Origin: Phoronis australis
Taxonomy: Eukaryota > Animalia > Phoronida
DNA length: 64,000 bases
Assembly (NCBI GenBank): GCA_002633005.1
Contig: NMRA01000011.1
Location: 439,395 to 503,394 of the forward strand
Direction: 5' to 3'
Positions 63,463 through 64,000 of this stretch are shown piece by piece. The notes under the pieces were generated by a model. That model was not told the origin of the DNA. It saw only the letters and a list, made by a program, of their open reading frames with translations, and made no database searches. Each line of letters starts with the position of its first letter. Position 1 is the first letter of the stretch. The translations under genes were made by a program, and so were the position numbers.

Positions 63463-64000
63463 CTACAAGGTAGTTATGTGGTTATCCCTTGGAACACAAA
63501 CTTGTCTGAATTTTGCAAATTAAAATTGCTCCTGTGGTATTTGCAAAGCTATTGAAATTATAAATACAGTACAATGTGGTAACGAACACAGAAAAAGTCA
63601 ATAATCAAAGAAGTCATAACTATATGCGGAACTGTCCACATTTTTCAGACAAATGTCTTTTTCTAGATGCCATTTTATCACTGCGTAACTCTGCCAAAGT
63701 TGAATTCATGATTTGTGAAAAGATGTTAATGTGTAACTGATCTAGGACCTAGTTTTTTCTTGTATGCAGTTTAGAAACTAGAGAAGTCATACTTCGAGAT
63801 TTTATTCTGGCGGAAGCAGAAACAGACTAAAAGAGTCGTGTTTTTGCTAGTGTCTCTTTTTAGTGAAAGATTTCTTTAAATTGGGATCGCAAATTCTTGA
63901 GAAATGAGATCAGAACAGAGGATTGATTATTTTATTAGCTAGATGTATTTTGATCAAAACAACTGTGAAGTAGCCCATTCCACATTTCTTTCAAAACTGC

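Overview
AT-rich animal (bilaterian invertebrate-type) genomic DNA lying entirely inside one large + strand gene encoding calcium/calmodulin-dependent protein kinase II (CaMKII). By manual splicing I recover exons 2-12 (vertebrate numbering; 95, 60, 55, 66, 73, 103, 84, 95, 123, 84 and 43 nt, all GT-AG, phases compatible). They encode the kinase domain and the regulatory segment (RQETV autophosphorylation site, TT CaM-binding site). Exon 1 and the hub-domain exons lie outside the window. Highlights: (1) exon 6, which carries the catalytic HRD, is present as two 73-nt homologous copies that must be mutually exclusive; (2) a docking-site/selector-like set of competing long-range base pairings and Rbfox motifs flanks them; (3) three frame-preserving candidate linker exons (18, 42 and 96 nt) follow exon 12; (4) a Helentron/DINE-1-like (HINE) repeat family, all copies co-oriented, carries arrays of CTCF-like motifs about every 145 bp. 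The introns also hold MITEs, nested insertions, a decayed L2/CR1-group LINE and many minisatellites. Most ORFs in the supplied track are spurious. No databases or folding programs were run; all alignments were done by eye.
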